32,000 nucleotides of DNA from Nonlabens ponticola (GCF_003966335.1 NZ_CP034549.1:2670001-2702000); one strand, 5' to 3'; counted from the first letter of the stretch, positions 1 to 8,786 are shown. The notes: generated by a model from the sequence alone, not told the origin. Translations and numbers: made by a program.

Positions 1-620
1 AGAAACTGAACTTTGATGGTGTAGTACTTACCAAATTGGATGGTGATACTCGCGGTGGTGCTGCTCTTTCTATAAAAAGTGTGGTTGACAAGCCTATTAA
101 ATTTATAGGTACGGGTGAGAAAATGGAAGCCATTGATGTGTTCTACCCAGAACGTATGGCAGACCGTATCCTAGGAATGGGTGATGTTGTATCGTTAGTT
201 GAAAGAGCTCAAGAACAATTTGACGAAGAAGAAGCCCGCAAGCTGAGTAAGAAAATCGCTAAAAATCAATTCGGTTTTGATGACTTCCTATCTCAAATCC
301 AGCAGATCAAGAAAATGGGTAACATGAAAGATCTTATGGGTATGATTCCAGGTGCTGGCAAGATGCTCAAGGATGTGGATATCGACGATGATGCCTTTAA
401 AGGTATTGAAGCCATCATACATTCCATGACCGTTGAAGAACGCACAAAGCCACAAGTGATTAATGGCTCTAGAAAAAAACGTATCGCAAAAGGTAGCGGT
501 ACCAGCGTAACCGAAGTCAATCAACTGCTCAAACAATTTGACCAGATGAGCAAGATGATGAAGATGATGCAAGGCGGCAAAGGAAAGGCAATGATGCAAG
601 CCATGAGTAAAATGAGGTAA
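1..620 (+). CDS. ffh: Signal recognition particle protein Ffh, C-terminal part (5' end cut by window edge)
   Basis: Frame +3 is open from the window edge. It translates [23 protein letters not shown] (SRP GTPase TKLDGD motif), then the Met-rich M domain ([37 protein letters not shown]). Stop TAA is at 618-620. The TTG at 36 in the ORF track is internal. Confidence 0.9.
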   Translation, partial: KLNFDGVVLTKLDGDTRGGAALSIKSVVDKPIKFIGTGEKMEAIDVFYPERMADRILGMGDVVSLVERAQEQFDEEEARKLSKKIAKNQFGFDDFLSQIQQIKKMGNMKDLMGMIPGAGKMLKDVDIDDDAFKGIEAIIHSMTVEERTKPQVINGSRKKRIAKGSGTSVTEVNQLLKQFDQMSKMMKMMQGGKGKAMMQAMSKMR

Positions 621-671
621 AGCGTATTACTTAATTGCCGATTGGTAATTTTCAATTGCTACGCAATTTTG

Positions 672-681
672 ATTGCCAATT
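672..681. repeat. Left arm (ATTGCCAATT) of a 10-bp inverted repeat flanking the four-helix-bundle gene
   Basis: ATTGCCAATT at 672-681 is the exact reverse complement of AATTGGCAAT at 1164-1173. It is embedded in a run of ATTGC/GCAAT/CCAAT/ATTGG motifs (633-683). Confidence 0.6.
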
Positions 682-760
682 GTTTATTTGTGATTGACTA
701 TAACAACCAACAAAATGCTAACGTGATTTTTCATTTTTAACAATTGAAAACTCTATAACT

Positions 761-1150
761 ATGGCTCATTATAAATCCTTTGAAGAATTAGAAATTTGGC
801 AGCGTGCAAGAATTATTTGTGACGATGTTTATAATCTTTACCTCGTCAGTGATTTGCAAAAAGATTATGGGCTTTGGAATCAGATTAATAAATCATCCGG
901 CTCCATAATGGACAACATTGCAGAAGGTTTTGATAGAGATGGAAACCGAGAGTTTATCCAGTTTTTAAGTATTTCAAAAGCAAGTTGTGGTGAAGCAAAA
1001 TCACAACTATATCGATGTTTTGATAGAAAATATCTTGAGCCACAAGAGTTTGAAGATATTAAACGAAAGATGGAAGAATGTAAAGCACAAATTGCTGGCT
1101 TTATGAAATATCTCAAAAACAGTGATAGAAAGGGAAACAAATACGATTAG
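761..1150 (+). CDS. Four-helix-bundle protein (23S rRNA intervening-sequence protein / Avd-like family)
   Basis: 129 aa. The segments FEELEIWQRA, SGSIMDNIAEGF, EFIQFLSISKASCGEAKSQL match the family signature as I recall it. It is a small stand-alone gene between ffh and folD. Confidence 0.8.
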   Translation: MAHYKSFEELEIWQRARIICDDVYNLYLVSDLQKDYGLWNQINKSSGSIMDNIAEGFDRDGNREFIQFLSISKASCGEAKSQLYRCFDRKYLEPQEFEDIKRKMEECKAQIAGFMKYLKNSDRKGNKYD

Positions 1151-1163
1151 CCAATTTCATTAA

Positions 1164-1173
1164 AATTGGCAAT
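1164..1173. repeat. Right arm (AATTGGCAAT) of the inverted repeat flanking the four-helix-bundle gene
   Basis: Exact reverse complement of 672-681. The downstream spacer 1150-1215 again carries GCCAATT, AATTGGCAATT, AATTGCAAT, GCAATT and GGCAAT. Confidence 0.6.
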
Positions 1174-1227
1174 TAACAAATTGCAATAGCAATTAAAAAT
1201 CACTAATAGGCAATAAATTAGACCAAC

Positions 1228-2118
1228 ATGACCATACTAGACGGTAAAAAAACCAGCAATGACATCAAGAACGAGATCACATCGATTGTCGATGAGATGA
1301 AGGCCAACGGCGAGAAAGTACCGCATCTAGCCGCTGTAATAGTTGGTAATGATGGTGCAAGTCTTACTTATGTAGGTTCAAAGGTACGTGCCTGTGAGCG
1401 TGTAGGTTTTGAGAGTACGATGGTGCGCATGCCTAATACGACTAGCGAGACTGAGCTACTACGCGAGATCAAAAAGCTCAACGACAATCCAGAAATTGAT
1501 GGTTTCATCGTACAGTTACCGTTGCCTAAACAAATTGATACTCAAAAGGTATTGATGGCGGTCGATCCAGATAAGGATGTGGATGGGTTCCACCCTACTA
1601 ACTTTGGACGTATGGCGCTGGATATGAGTACGTTTATTCCTGCAACGCCTTTTGGGATTCTAGAACTATTAGATCGCTATGATGTGCAAACTAAGGGAAA
1701 ACACACGGTTGTAATAGGTCGTTCACACATTGTGGGTCGCCCTATGAGTATCTTGATGGGAAGAAAAGGCTTTCCAGGTAATTCTACGGTTACCTTGACA
1801 CACAGCCATACCAAAAATATTACCCAGATCACCTCACAAGCTGACATCATTATTACAGCCTTAGGCGTTCCAGGATTTTTGAAAGCGGAAATGGTAAAAG
1901 ATGGCGCCGTTATTATTGACGTAGGAATCACTCGAGTTCCTGACGAGTCTCGAGAGCGCGGTTATTACATTACGGGCGATGTGGATTTTGAGAATGTTTC
2001 CAAAAAGGTGAGCCATATCACGCCCGTTCCAGGTGGCGTTGGCCCGATGACGATCGCCATGTTGCTCAAGAACACGTTGCTGGCAAGAGAGAGACATCGC
2101 GAGGCTGCAGGTAAGTAG
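1228..2118 (+). CDS. folD: Bifunctional methylenetetrahydrofolate dehydrogenase / methenyltetrahydrofolate cyclohydrolase
   Basis: 296 aa with canonical FolD blocks: LAAVIVGNDGASLTYVGSKVRACERVGF, DGFIVQLPLP, DKDVDGFHPTNFG, VVIGRSHIVGRPM, PVPGGVGPMTIAMLL. Confidence 0.93.
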   Translation: MTILDGKKTSNDIKNEITSIVDEMKANGEKVPHLAAVIVGNDGASLTYVGSKVRACERVGFESTMVRMPNTTSETELLREIKKLNDNPEIDGFIVQLPLPKQIDTQKVLMAVDPDKDVDGFHPTNFGRMALDMSTFIPATPFGILELLDRYDVQTKGKHTVVIGRSHIVGRPMSILMGRKGFPGNSTVTLTHSHTKNITQITSQADIIITALGVPGFLKAEMVKDGAVIIDVGITRVPDESRERGYYITGDVDFENVSKKVSHITPVPGGVGPMTIAMLLKNTLLARERHREAAGK

Positions 2119-2166
2119 CAGGTGCTTATATACCTTTGGAATGTTGATGGAGCTTGTTATGATTAT

Positions 2167-2180
2167 GCTTTCGCGAAAGC
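2167..2180. repeat. Palindrome copy 1: GCTTTCGCGAAAGC (+GTAAT)
   Basis: Perfect 14-mer in the convergent gap between folD (stop 2118) and the metalloprotease gene (stop 2236). Confidence 0.9.
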
Positions 2181-2235
2181 GTAATACTCAAAAATCTTAT
2201 CCACAAGTCCTAATACTGCAGGAATCTATAAATAA

Positions 2236-3036
2236 TTATCTACCGCCATTGGCTCTTAAGTCGGCAAGGCATTGTGAATCAAATTCTGGCACGCTGGACA
2301 AGCCCATAAGATCGAGAATATTACCGCCGTTTACTTCAAAAAACATGAGGCATCCATCAACGTCGCAATGTTTGGGATTATTTGCATCCTCATGATCTGA
2401 TTGTAGTGGTGTTCCTAGGTTTACCAGTCCCATTATGTGACCAAACTCATGGTTATAAACTGTCGATTCCAAAACGACTCTAGATGGCTGTCCTACACCA
2501 CCACTAAATTCCTCTATCGTTTCCTGAAACATAACCAGCGAGGTATTTCTATAAGCCGTACCCAAAACTACCGAGTTGCCCTGATTTGCCGCATTGGGTC
2601 TATTTGCAAAAATGACGGAGACTGCTATCGCATTTTCAGTATTGAATTGCGTGCGGTTGTCCTCTTCTATCTGTGCAATTTCATCTATCGTATAGCTGTC
2701 CTCGTTTTCTACCTGAATATTGCGTTCTATGATTTGTATGCCATCAGGTTTGTTCAACCGCGCTTCTAGAAAATCCTCAAGATTATCGAGCGAGGCAGAT
2801 CTTGGTTCTGCGCCGTTTAGGTAGATAGCCTCTATCACTAGTTGATCAAAGTCGGCAGTGGTAAGCAGCTCTGCAGCGCTGGCTCCAGTAGATCTGGCGT
2901 TATTGGGTATAGAACCATCACCGCCATCGTCATCACCTACTCCTACCATATCGTCAGTAGATGAGCTCTCGTCGCTAGAACATGAAGCAATACATATGAC
3001 AAACATTAAAGCTATGTAATAAAGGGAACGTTTCAT
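2236..3036 (-). CDS. Lipoprotein, putative zinc metalloprotease (HExxH)
   Basis: 266 aa. Signal peptide with lipobox (FVICIASC). Acidic Gly/Asp-rich linker. HEFGHIMGL zinc-binding motif near the C-terminus, plus paired Cys residues. Confidence 0.6.
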   Translation of the reverse strand: MKRSLYYIALMFVICIASCSSDESSSTDDMVGVGDDDGGDGSIPNNARSTGASAAELLTTADFDQLVIEAIYLNGAEPRSASLDNLEDFLEARLNKPDGIQIIERNIQVENEDSYTIDEIAQIEEDNRTQFNTENAIAVSVIFANRPNAANQGNSVVLGTAYRNTSLVMFQETIEEFSGGVGQPSRVVLESTVYNHEFGHIMGLVNLGTPLQSDHEDANNPKHCDVDGCLMFFEVNGGNILDLMGLSSVPEFDSQCLADLRANGGR

Positions 3037-3071
3037 AAGACTATTAATAGGGATTAATTACTGAGTCAAAG

Positions 3072-3079
3072 TATCTTTG
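3072..3079 (+). promoter_or_regulatory. Candidate Bacteroidota -7 promoter box TATCTTTG (TAnnTTTG) 4 nt upstream of the ATG at 3084
   Basis: Exact match to the TAnnTTTG consensus. The 4-nt gap to the start codon implies a leaderless or near-leaderless mRNA. I found no clear -33 TTTG. Confidence 0.3.
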
Positions 3080-3083
3080 GAAA

Positions 3084-3578
3084 ATGGTACCTCTAGACAA
3101 AATTAAAGATCTAGCAAATCAACGCAAAAAAGAAAACCTTGGTTTTTTCAAAACCCTGCGTAAGCAAAAACCCAAAAATCTTGATCAAATTGCTCAGCAA
3201 ACTCACGACGAGGTTTTTCAAGAGATTGATTGCCTCAAGTGCGCTAATTGTTGTAAAACGACAGGACCATTGTTTACCGATGCAGATATAAATCGTATCG
3301 CTCGTCATTTTAATGTGAAGCCCGCTACATTTATTCAAACCTACCTAAGAATTGATGAAGATGATGATTATGTATTGCAGTCAACACCATGTAGCTTTTT
3401 AGGTGATGACAACTACTGTAGTATTTATGAAGTGCGCCCTAAAGCCTGCCGTGAATATCCACATACGGATAGACGTAAATTATATCAAATAGGAACCATT
3501 ACCATTGCCAATACTGGTATATGTCCTGCGGCTTATGAAATCGTGGAGCGCATGAAAGATCGCCTACCTGTGAGATAA
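3084..3578 (+). CDS. YkgJ-family cysteine-cluster protein (UPF0153-type, putative Fe-S/Zn)
   Basis: 164 aa. CLKCANCC (CxxCxxCC) motif, followed by CSFL...NYCSIYEVRPKACREYP, typical of the YkgJ family. Confidence 0.75.
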   Translation: MVPLDKIKDLANQRKKENLGFFKTLRKQKPKNLDQIAQQTHDEVFQEIDCLKCANCCKTTGPLFTDADINRIARHFNVKPATFIQTYLRIDEDDDYVLQSTPCSFLGDDNYCSIYEVRPKACREYPHTDRRKLYQIGTITIANTGICPAAYEIVERMKDRLPVR

Positions 3579-3680
3579 CGCGGACCAAATCCTTTATTTT
3601 TTGCCAAAAATCTATCGATGCATTGCTAAGGTGTGTTAATTACGTTTTTACGGTTCGCAGTTTGCTGTACCTTAGATATA

Positions 3681-4148
3681 ATGAGAAAACTACTTCTTCT
3701 TTTGACCATCGTGGCACTAGGCGGTTGTGCAAATCAAGAGCCGTCTAGCGCAACCATCATTAAGCGTGAAGCCTTGCATGATTTGATGGCTGCAACGACC
3801 AATCAAGATGTCAAAGTATTGAACTTTTGGGCAACTTGGTGCGCACCGTGTATCGAGGAGATGCCGGCTTTTGAAGCTGTTAATGAAGACAATATAGAAG
3901 TCATATTTATATCACTTGATGACGCTTCAAAATTGGAAGATCAAGTCAATACCTTTTTAAGAGAAAACAATATTGTTTCTCGGGTTGTATTACTGGATGA
4001 TCCATACGCAAATGAATGGGTTCCTATGGTAGATTCTCATTGGGATGGCGCCATACCGGCGACACTTATAATTAAAGGAGATAAAAAACGCTTTTTCAAT
4101 CAAACCTTTAACGAGGATGAATTGAGAGAAGCTATAAATACATTATAA
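3681..4148 (+). CDS. TlpA-like thiol:disulfide oxidoreductase lipoprotein (thioredoxin fold)
   Basis: The ATG at 3681 gives MRKLLLLLTIVALGGC (lipobox), whereas the track start GTG 3633 adds a non-signal extension. WATWCAPC active site. The stop overlaps the next ATG by 1 nt (ATAATG). Confidence 0.75.
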   Translation: MRKLLLLLTIVALGGCANQEPSSATIIKREALHDLMAATTNQDVKVLNFWATWCAPCIEEMPAFEAVNEDNIEVIFISLDDASKLEDQVNTFLRENNIVSRVVLLDDPYANEWVPMVDSHWDGAIPATLIIKGDKKRFFNQTFNEDELREAINTL

Positions 4149-4852
4149 TGAAGACACTCAAGATACTTACTGCAGTTTCAATAATTGCCTTGTTGGGAGC
4201 ACTTACCTTCGGTATGCTTAATCTAGATACTGTAAATATTAATTATGCTAGTAATCCAGACTCAATCGATAAACAGGAACAAAAGCTAGAGCCCGCGATC
4301 ACTGCCGATGGATTAAAGGGTTATGATATTGGTGATATCGCGACCGACTTTAAACTCATTAATATTGATGACACCTACGTCTCACTATCAGATTTTCCTG
4401 ATGCCTTAGGATATGTGGTCATTTTTACCTGTAATCATTGCCCGTATAGTAAAGCCTATGAAGATCGCATCATAGCTTTAGACAAAAAGTACAAGAAACT
4501 AGGTTACCCAGTCATCGCAATCAACCCTAACAATCCACAAGAATATCCAGATGACAGTTTTATCAATATGAAGAAACGAGCAGCCGATAAGGGATTTACA
4601 TTTCCTTATTTAATGGACTCTAAACAAGATATTTATCCACAATACGGCGCTACTAAAACGCCTCATGTCTTTTTACTTAATAAAGAAGAAGGCAACAGTG
4701 TGGTGCGCTACATCGGTGCCATCGATGACAATCATCAGGATGAAAATAAAGTGAAAAATCATTTCCTGGCAAACGCAATTGATGCATTATTAGAAAATGA
4801 AGAAATCTCACCTACCAAGACTATCGCAATAGGTTGTTCTATCAAAAAATAA
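4148..4852 (+). CDS. Thioredoxin-fold protein (redoxin / AhpC-TSA-like) with N-terminal membrane anchor
   Basis: 234 aa. N-terminal hydrophobic segment. FTCNHCPYS (CxxC). PHVFLL and GAIDDN blocks typical of the thioredoxin-like family. Confidence 0.7.
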   Translation: MKTLKILTAVSIIALLGALTFGMLNLDTVNINYASNPDSIDKQEQKLEPAITADGLKGYDIGDIATDFKLINIDDTYVSLSDFPDALGYVVIFTCNHCPYSKAYEDRIIALDKKYKKLGYPVIAINPNNPQEYPDDSFINMKKRAADKGFTFPYLMDSKQDIYPQYGATKTPHVFLLNKEEGNSVVRYIGAIDDNHQDENKVKNHFLANAIDALLENEEISPTKTIAIGCSIKK

Positions 4853-4903
4853 CCACGCTGTAAGTAGTTGGCCTAATTTGTATTTTTGCACAAAATTACA
4901 GCC

Positions 4904-6301
4904 ATGATACTGGAACAGTATTATACTAAATGTCTTGCTCAAGGCACTTATTACATTGCTTCTAATGGTGAAGCAGCGATTATAGATCCATTACGCGAGG
5001 TACAACAGTATATAGATCGTGCTCAGGATGACAAGGTGAGGATTAAGTATATATTTCTCACTCATTTTCACGCAGACTTCGTTTCCGGCCATGTTGATCT
5101 AGCCGATAAAACGGGAGCGACAATAGTTATAGGGCCTAATGCTGTTACAAGTTACGCTTTCGCGAAAGCGGAACACCAGCAAAAGTTCTTTATAGGTGAC
5201 ATAAGCCTAACTTTACTGCATACACCTGGTCACACGCTAGAGTCATCCTGTTATTTACTCAAAGATGAAGACGGCAAGGAACAAGCGCTTTTTACAGGGG
5301 ACACCTTATTTATTGGTGACGTGGGAAGACCTGATCTTGCAGCCAAATCAGAAATGACTCAAGAAGATCTTGCAGGGATGCTTTATGATTCACTTCATAA
5401 ACACATTTTACCGCTACCAGATGATATTACCGTATATCCGGCGCATGGTGCAGGCAGTGCCTGTGGTAAAAACATGAGCTCAGAAACTAGTGACACGCTA
5501 GGGAACCAAAAGAAAACGAACTATGCACTTGACACTAATTTGTCTCGCGCAGACTTCATCAAAGAACTTACTTCTGGTATAAGCGCACCACCAGCCTATT
5601 TTCCACTTAATGTTCAAATGAATAAAGGTGTCAACAGCAGTATTGATGAGGTTATCAAAAGAGGCGTTACCCCTATAAATGCAGCTGCATTCAAAGCACT
5701 TGCCGATGATCCTGAATTTTTGGTACTAGACGTAAGATCTCCTCAAGAATTTACCGCAGGACACGTTCCAGGATCTTGGTTCATAGGATTAGACGGTCAA
5801 TTTGCACCATGGGTAGGCGCACTGATTGAAAATATTGATCAAAAAATAATTCTTGTCGTTGAGCCTGGACGTGAACGAGAAGCTGTGACCAGACTAGCTC
5901 GTGTAGGATACGACAATGCAAATGGTTTTTTATATGGAGGTTTTGAATCCTGGAAAAATGCAGGATTCGATGTTGCTACCACGGGCAATGTGAGTGCAAA
6001 ACAGTTCTTAGATGGATTGAACGATGGTAGCATTAAAAATGCAATAGACAGCCGTAAATCTGGAGAGTATGAGAATTCCCATCTTGCGGAAACAGAGCTT
6101 CTACCTTTAGCTGGCATTCATGCCCATCTACCTCATTTAGATAAAGAAAAAACGTATCATGTTCATTGTGCCGGTGGTTATAGGTCGGTAATTTTTGCCA
6201 GTATTGCTCAAGCAAATGGCATTGACAATATGATTAATGTAGAAGGTGGATATGGCGCTATTAAAAAAGTCGCCAAGCCACAACAATTGATTACCTTGTA
6301 A
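4904..6301 (+). CDS. MBL-fold hydrolase (persulfide dioxygenase-like) fused to two rhodanese-homology domains
   Basis: LTHFHADFVSGH metallo-beta-lactamase motif, with HTPGHT, GDTLFIGDVGRPDL and AHGAGSACG. A first rhodanese-like domain follows (LVLDVRSPQEFTAGHVPGS, no catalytic Cys). A second follows with the active-site loop HCAGGYRS. The ATG at 4904 is preferred over the TTG at 4886. Confidence 0.8.
   Translation: MILEQYYTKCLAQGTYYIASNGEAAIIDPLREVQQYIDRAQDDKVRIKYIFLTHFHADFVSGHVDLADKTGATIVIGPNAVTSYAFAKAEHQQKFFIGDISLTLLHTPGHTLESSCYLLKDEDGKEQALFTGDTLFIGDVGRPDLAAKSEMTQEDLAGMLYDSLHKHILPLPDDITVYPAHGAGSACGKNMSSETSDTLGNQKKTNYALDTNLSRADFIKELTSGISAPPAYFPLNVQMNKGVNSSIDEVIKRGVTPINAAAFKALADDPEFLVLDVRSPQEFTAGHVPGSWFIGLDGQFAPWVGALIENIDQKIILVVEPGREREAVTRLARVGYDNANGFLYGGFESWKNAGFDVATTGNVSAKQFLDGLNDGSIKNAIDSRKSGEYENSHLAETELLPLAGIHAHLPHLDKEKTYHVHCAGGYRSVIFASIAQANGIDNMINVEGGYGAIKKVAKPQQLITL
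5156..5169. repeat. Palindrome copy 2 (intragenic): GCTTTCGCGAAAGC
   Basis: Perfect 14-mer (16 bp with flanks, CGCTTTCGCGAAAGCG) inside the MBL-rhodanese CDS. It is read GCT TTC GCG AAA GCG = AFAKA (SYAFAKAEH). Confidence 0.9.
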
Positions 6302-6303
6302 CT

Positions 6304-6624
6304 ATGGAAAACATCAACAACCAACGCTGGAAAGAACTTACCTCACAAGATGATAATAAGGTCATCCTTGACGTGCGCACCGATGAAGAAGTGGCGGATG
6401 GTATCATTCCTAATTCCATTCAATTAGACATTTACCAACCACAAGAATTTATGGATGGTATCAATGCAATGGACAAAACAAAAACTTATTACATCTATTG
6501 CAGGTCTGGTGGTCGCAGTGCTCAAGCCTGTCAAATCATGGAACAGGCTGGATTTGAACGCACCTATAATCTAGAAGGTGGTTACAGCAATTGGGATGGT
6601 GACACTGCAATGCCTAAATCCTAA
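6304..6624 (+). CDS. Single-domain rhodanese-like sulfurtransferase
   Basis: 106 aa. ILDVRTDEE. Active-site loop YCRSGGRS. NLEGGYSNW. Starts 3 nt after the upstream stop. Confidence 0.85.
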   Translation: MENINNQRWKELTSQDDNKVILDVRTDEEVADGIIPNSIQLDIYQPQEFMDGINAMDKTKTYYIYCRSGGRSAQACQIMEQAGFERTYNLEGGYSNWDGDTAMPKS

Positions 6625-6627
6625 AGC

Positions 6628-7032
6628 ATGAGCAATATAATTCGTGCAGTTTTAGCAATAGCATTCATAATCGCGCTGGTATCGTGTTCAAAAGATGCTG
6701 CGACAGTTACCCAGATATCAGTTGAAGAAGCTGAGACTTTGATTGAATTAGATGATGTTCAATTGATTGACGTACGCAGTGCTGTGCAATATGATAAAAA
6801 GCGACTTGATGGCGCTATCAACATTGATGTCGAGGATGAGCGATTCAATCGATTATTAGAAAATATGGATAAGGATGAGCCAGTCCTACTCTACTGCAAT
6901 CAAGGAAATAAAAGTGCGCGTTGCTCGCAAATTCTTGAAGATCGCGGCTTTACTAAAATTTATGACATTGATGGCGGCCTGGCTAAATGGGAAGCATCGG
7001 GACGCAAAGTCATTGTTAAAGAAATAGAATAA
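6628..7032 (+). CDS. Rhodanese-like lipoprotein
   Basis: 134 aa. Signal peptide plus lipobox (IALVSC). LIDVRS. Active-site loop YCNQGNKS. DIDGGLAKW. Confidence 0.8.
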   Translation: MSNIIRAVLAIAFIIALVSCSKDAATVTQISVEEAETLIELDDVQLIDVRSAVQYDKKRLDGAINIDVEDERFNRLLENMDKDEPVLLYCNQGNKSARCSQILEDRGFTKIYDIDGGLAKWEASGRKVIVKEIE

Positions 7033-7038
7033 TCTATT

Positions 7039-7857
7039 ATGAAATTATCACTCATACCCAATCTCAAGCATGTTGATGCCAATAACTTCTTTCTACTATG
7101 CGGCCCATGTGCGATAGAAGGTGAAGACATGGCGATGCGCATTGCTGAAAAAGTTGTGCGCATAACTGATGACCTAAACATACCTTATATTTTTAAGGGT
7201 AGCTTCAAGAAAGCTAATCGCAGTCGTATTGATAGTTTTACTGGCATAGGTGATGAGAATGCTTTAGAGATTTTGCAAAAGGTTGGAGAGAAATTCAATA
7301 TCCCAACCGTTACTGATATTCATGAAGTTAACGATGCAGCACTAGCAGCACAGTATGTAGATGTTTTACAAATTCCTGCATTCCTAGTACGTCAGACTGA
7401 TCTGGTGGTAGCCGCAGCAGAGACTGGAAAAGTGGTCAACCTTAAAAAAGGCCAGTTCATGTCTCCTGAGAGCATGAAACATGCTGCAACGAAAGTTACC
7501 GATAGCGGCAATGAACAGGTGATGATTACTGACCGTGGTACGATGTTCGGTTATCAGGATATGATTGTGGACTTTAGAGGTATTCCTACCATGCGCCAGT
7601 ATGCGCCTACCGTGCTTGATGTGACTCACAGTTTGCAGCAACCCAATCAATCCAGCGGCGTAACTGGTGGTAGACCTGATATGATTGAAACAATCGCACG
7701 CGCAGGAATCGTCAATCACGTTGACGGACTTTTTATTGAAACGCATTTTGATCCAGCTAATGCCAAAAGTGATGGTGCCAACATGCTGGACCTACAACAC
7801 CTAGAAGGTTTGCTAACTAGACTGGTAGAGATTAGGAAGACGATAAACTCTTTTTAA
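7039..7857 (+). CDS. kdsA: 3-deoxy-8-phosphooctulonate (KDO-8-P) synthase
   Basis: 272 aa. GPCAIE, FKGSFKKANRSRIDSF.G, TDIHE, DVLQIPAFL.RQTDL, NLKKGQF, TDRGT.FGY, VLDVTHSLQQP, DGLFIETH are conserved KdsA blocks. Confidence 0.92.
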   Translation: MKLSLIPNLKHVDANNFFLLCGPCAIEGEDMAMRIAEKVVRITDDLNIPYIFKGSFKKANRSRIDSFTGIGDENALEILQKVGEKFNIPTVTDIHEVNDAALAAQYVDVLQIPAFLVRQTDLVVAAAETGKVVNLKKGQFMSPESMKHAATKVTDSGNEQVMITDRGTMFGYQDMIVDFRGIPTMRQYAPTVLDVTHSLQQPNQSSGVTGGRPDMIETIARAGIVNHVDGLFIETHFDPANAKSDGANMLDLQHLEGLLTRLVEIRKTINSF

Positions 7858-7881
7858 TCTTCAACTGGTTGTAAGTATTGA

Positions 7882-7895
7882 GCTTTCGCGAAAGC
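7882..7895. repeat. Palindrome copy 3: GCTTTCGCGAAAGC (+GTAAT)
   Basis: Perfect 14-mer 25 bp after the kdsA stop. Confidence 0.9.
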
Positions 7896-8108
7896 GTAAT
7901 TATGATAATCATTTAAAACGCCTTATTTCCAAATGATATCCTATCAAAAAGGATGAAGCTGCGGTAATGAGGAAGCTTATGTTTACTATTTATTGGCAGC
8001 GCGTATTTCAACGAAGAAATGTATCGATTAAAAACATATTTTAAAGCTGTACATCGATATTAGAGATTTTGATTGACTTATGGACGGTGGGTATAATATT
8101 TTTATCTC

Positions 8109-8786
8109 ATGATAAAGAAACTCTCAAAAATTGTGATTAGCGGTGCTATCTGCTTGTGCGCTATCTCAATGACCGCTCAAATAGGTGTCAATACTAACGA
8201 GCCTACTGCAAACCTAGATGTCAACGGTACTTTAAGAGTGCGAAGTCTTGAAAAAACTACCAACGGTTTTCAAGCAAATGGAACCGTTCTATATATAATG
8301 GGAGTTGATCAAGATGGAAATGTGATTCCTATAGAAATAGGAGAAAATATTGTTCTTGAGAATAACATACTTAAAGTGCAACTTCCTGAACAAGACAACT
8401 CACCTGAAGAATTACCTAATGGTGGTCAATTAAATGAGTTATATGAATCCGGCGATGAAGCGGTAATCAACAACCTAGATCTAGGTATAGTTTTACCTGG
8501 CGATGGACGTGCTAGTTGGCCCGTATTCAAACTAGAAAATGGAAGCAATGATGAAGAAGTCCAAATTACCGGAATAAGGCCAGCTCCCAATGGCACGATG
8601 GCTTACCTATACCCTACTTCTGGTAGTATCATGCTGAGGAAAAACGATAATGATTCTGAGCCAGAAAATCGAATTGAGGCGCAAAATAATATCAAGATTA
8701 AGAAAAACGAGATGGCACTGATTATGTATGATGCCCAGATCCAAAAATGGATCGTTGTTTCTAGTCCGCAAAATGATGATGACTAA
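8109..8786 (+). CDS. Hypothetical secreted protein
   Basis: 225 aa. Signal peptide (AICLCAISMTAQ). The N-terminal IGVNTNEPTANLDVNGTLRV resembles a motif common at the start of Bacteroidota tail-fibre-like/surface proteins (weak, from memory). It is flanked by 250 and 390 bp of non-coding DNA. Confidence 0.5.
   Translation: MIKKLSKIVISGAICLCAISMTAQIGVNTNEPTANLDVNGTLRVRSLEKTTNGFQANGTVLYIMGVDQDGNVIPIEIGENIVLENNILKVQLPEQDNSPEELPNGGQLNELYESGDEAVINNLDLGIVLPGDGRASWPVFKLENGSNDEEVQITGIRPAPNGTMAYLYPTSGSIMLRKNDNDSEPENRIEAQNNIKIKKNEMALIMYDAQIQKWIVVSSPQNDDD

Noticed and set aside
761-1150. Diversity-generating retroelement (the four-helix-bundle protein acting as Avd)
   Set aside because: There is no reverse transcriptase gene and no template/variable repeat pair anywhere in the window. 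The gene sits between two housekeeping genes.
2141-2769. ORFs 2141-2395 (+) and 2437-2769 (+)
   Set aside because: They are antisense to the well-supported metalloprotease lipoprotein gene (2236-3036, minus). The first is seeded in the palindrome-containing spacer. Neither has a recognisable motif.
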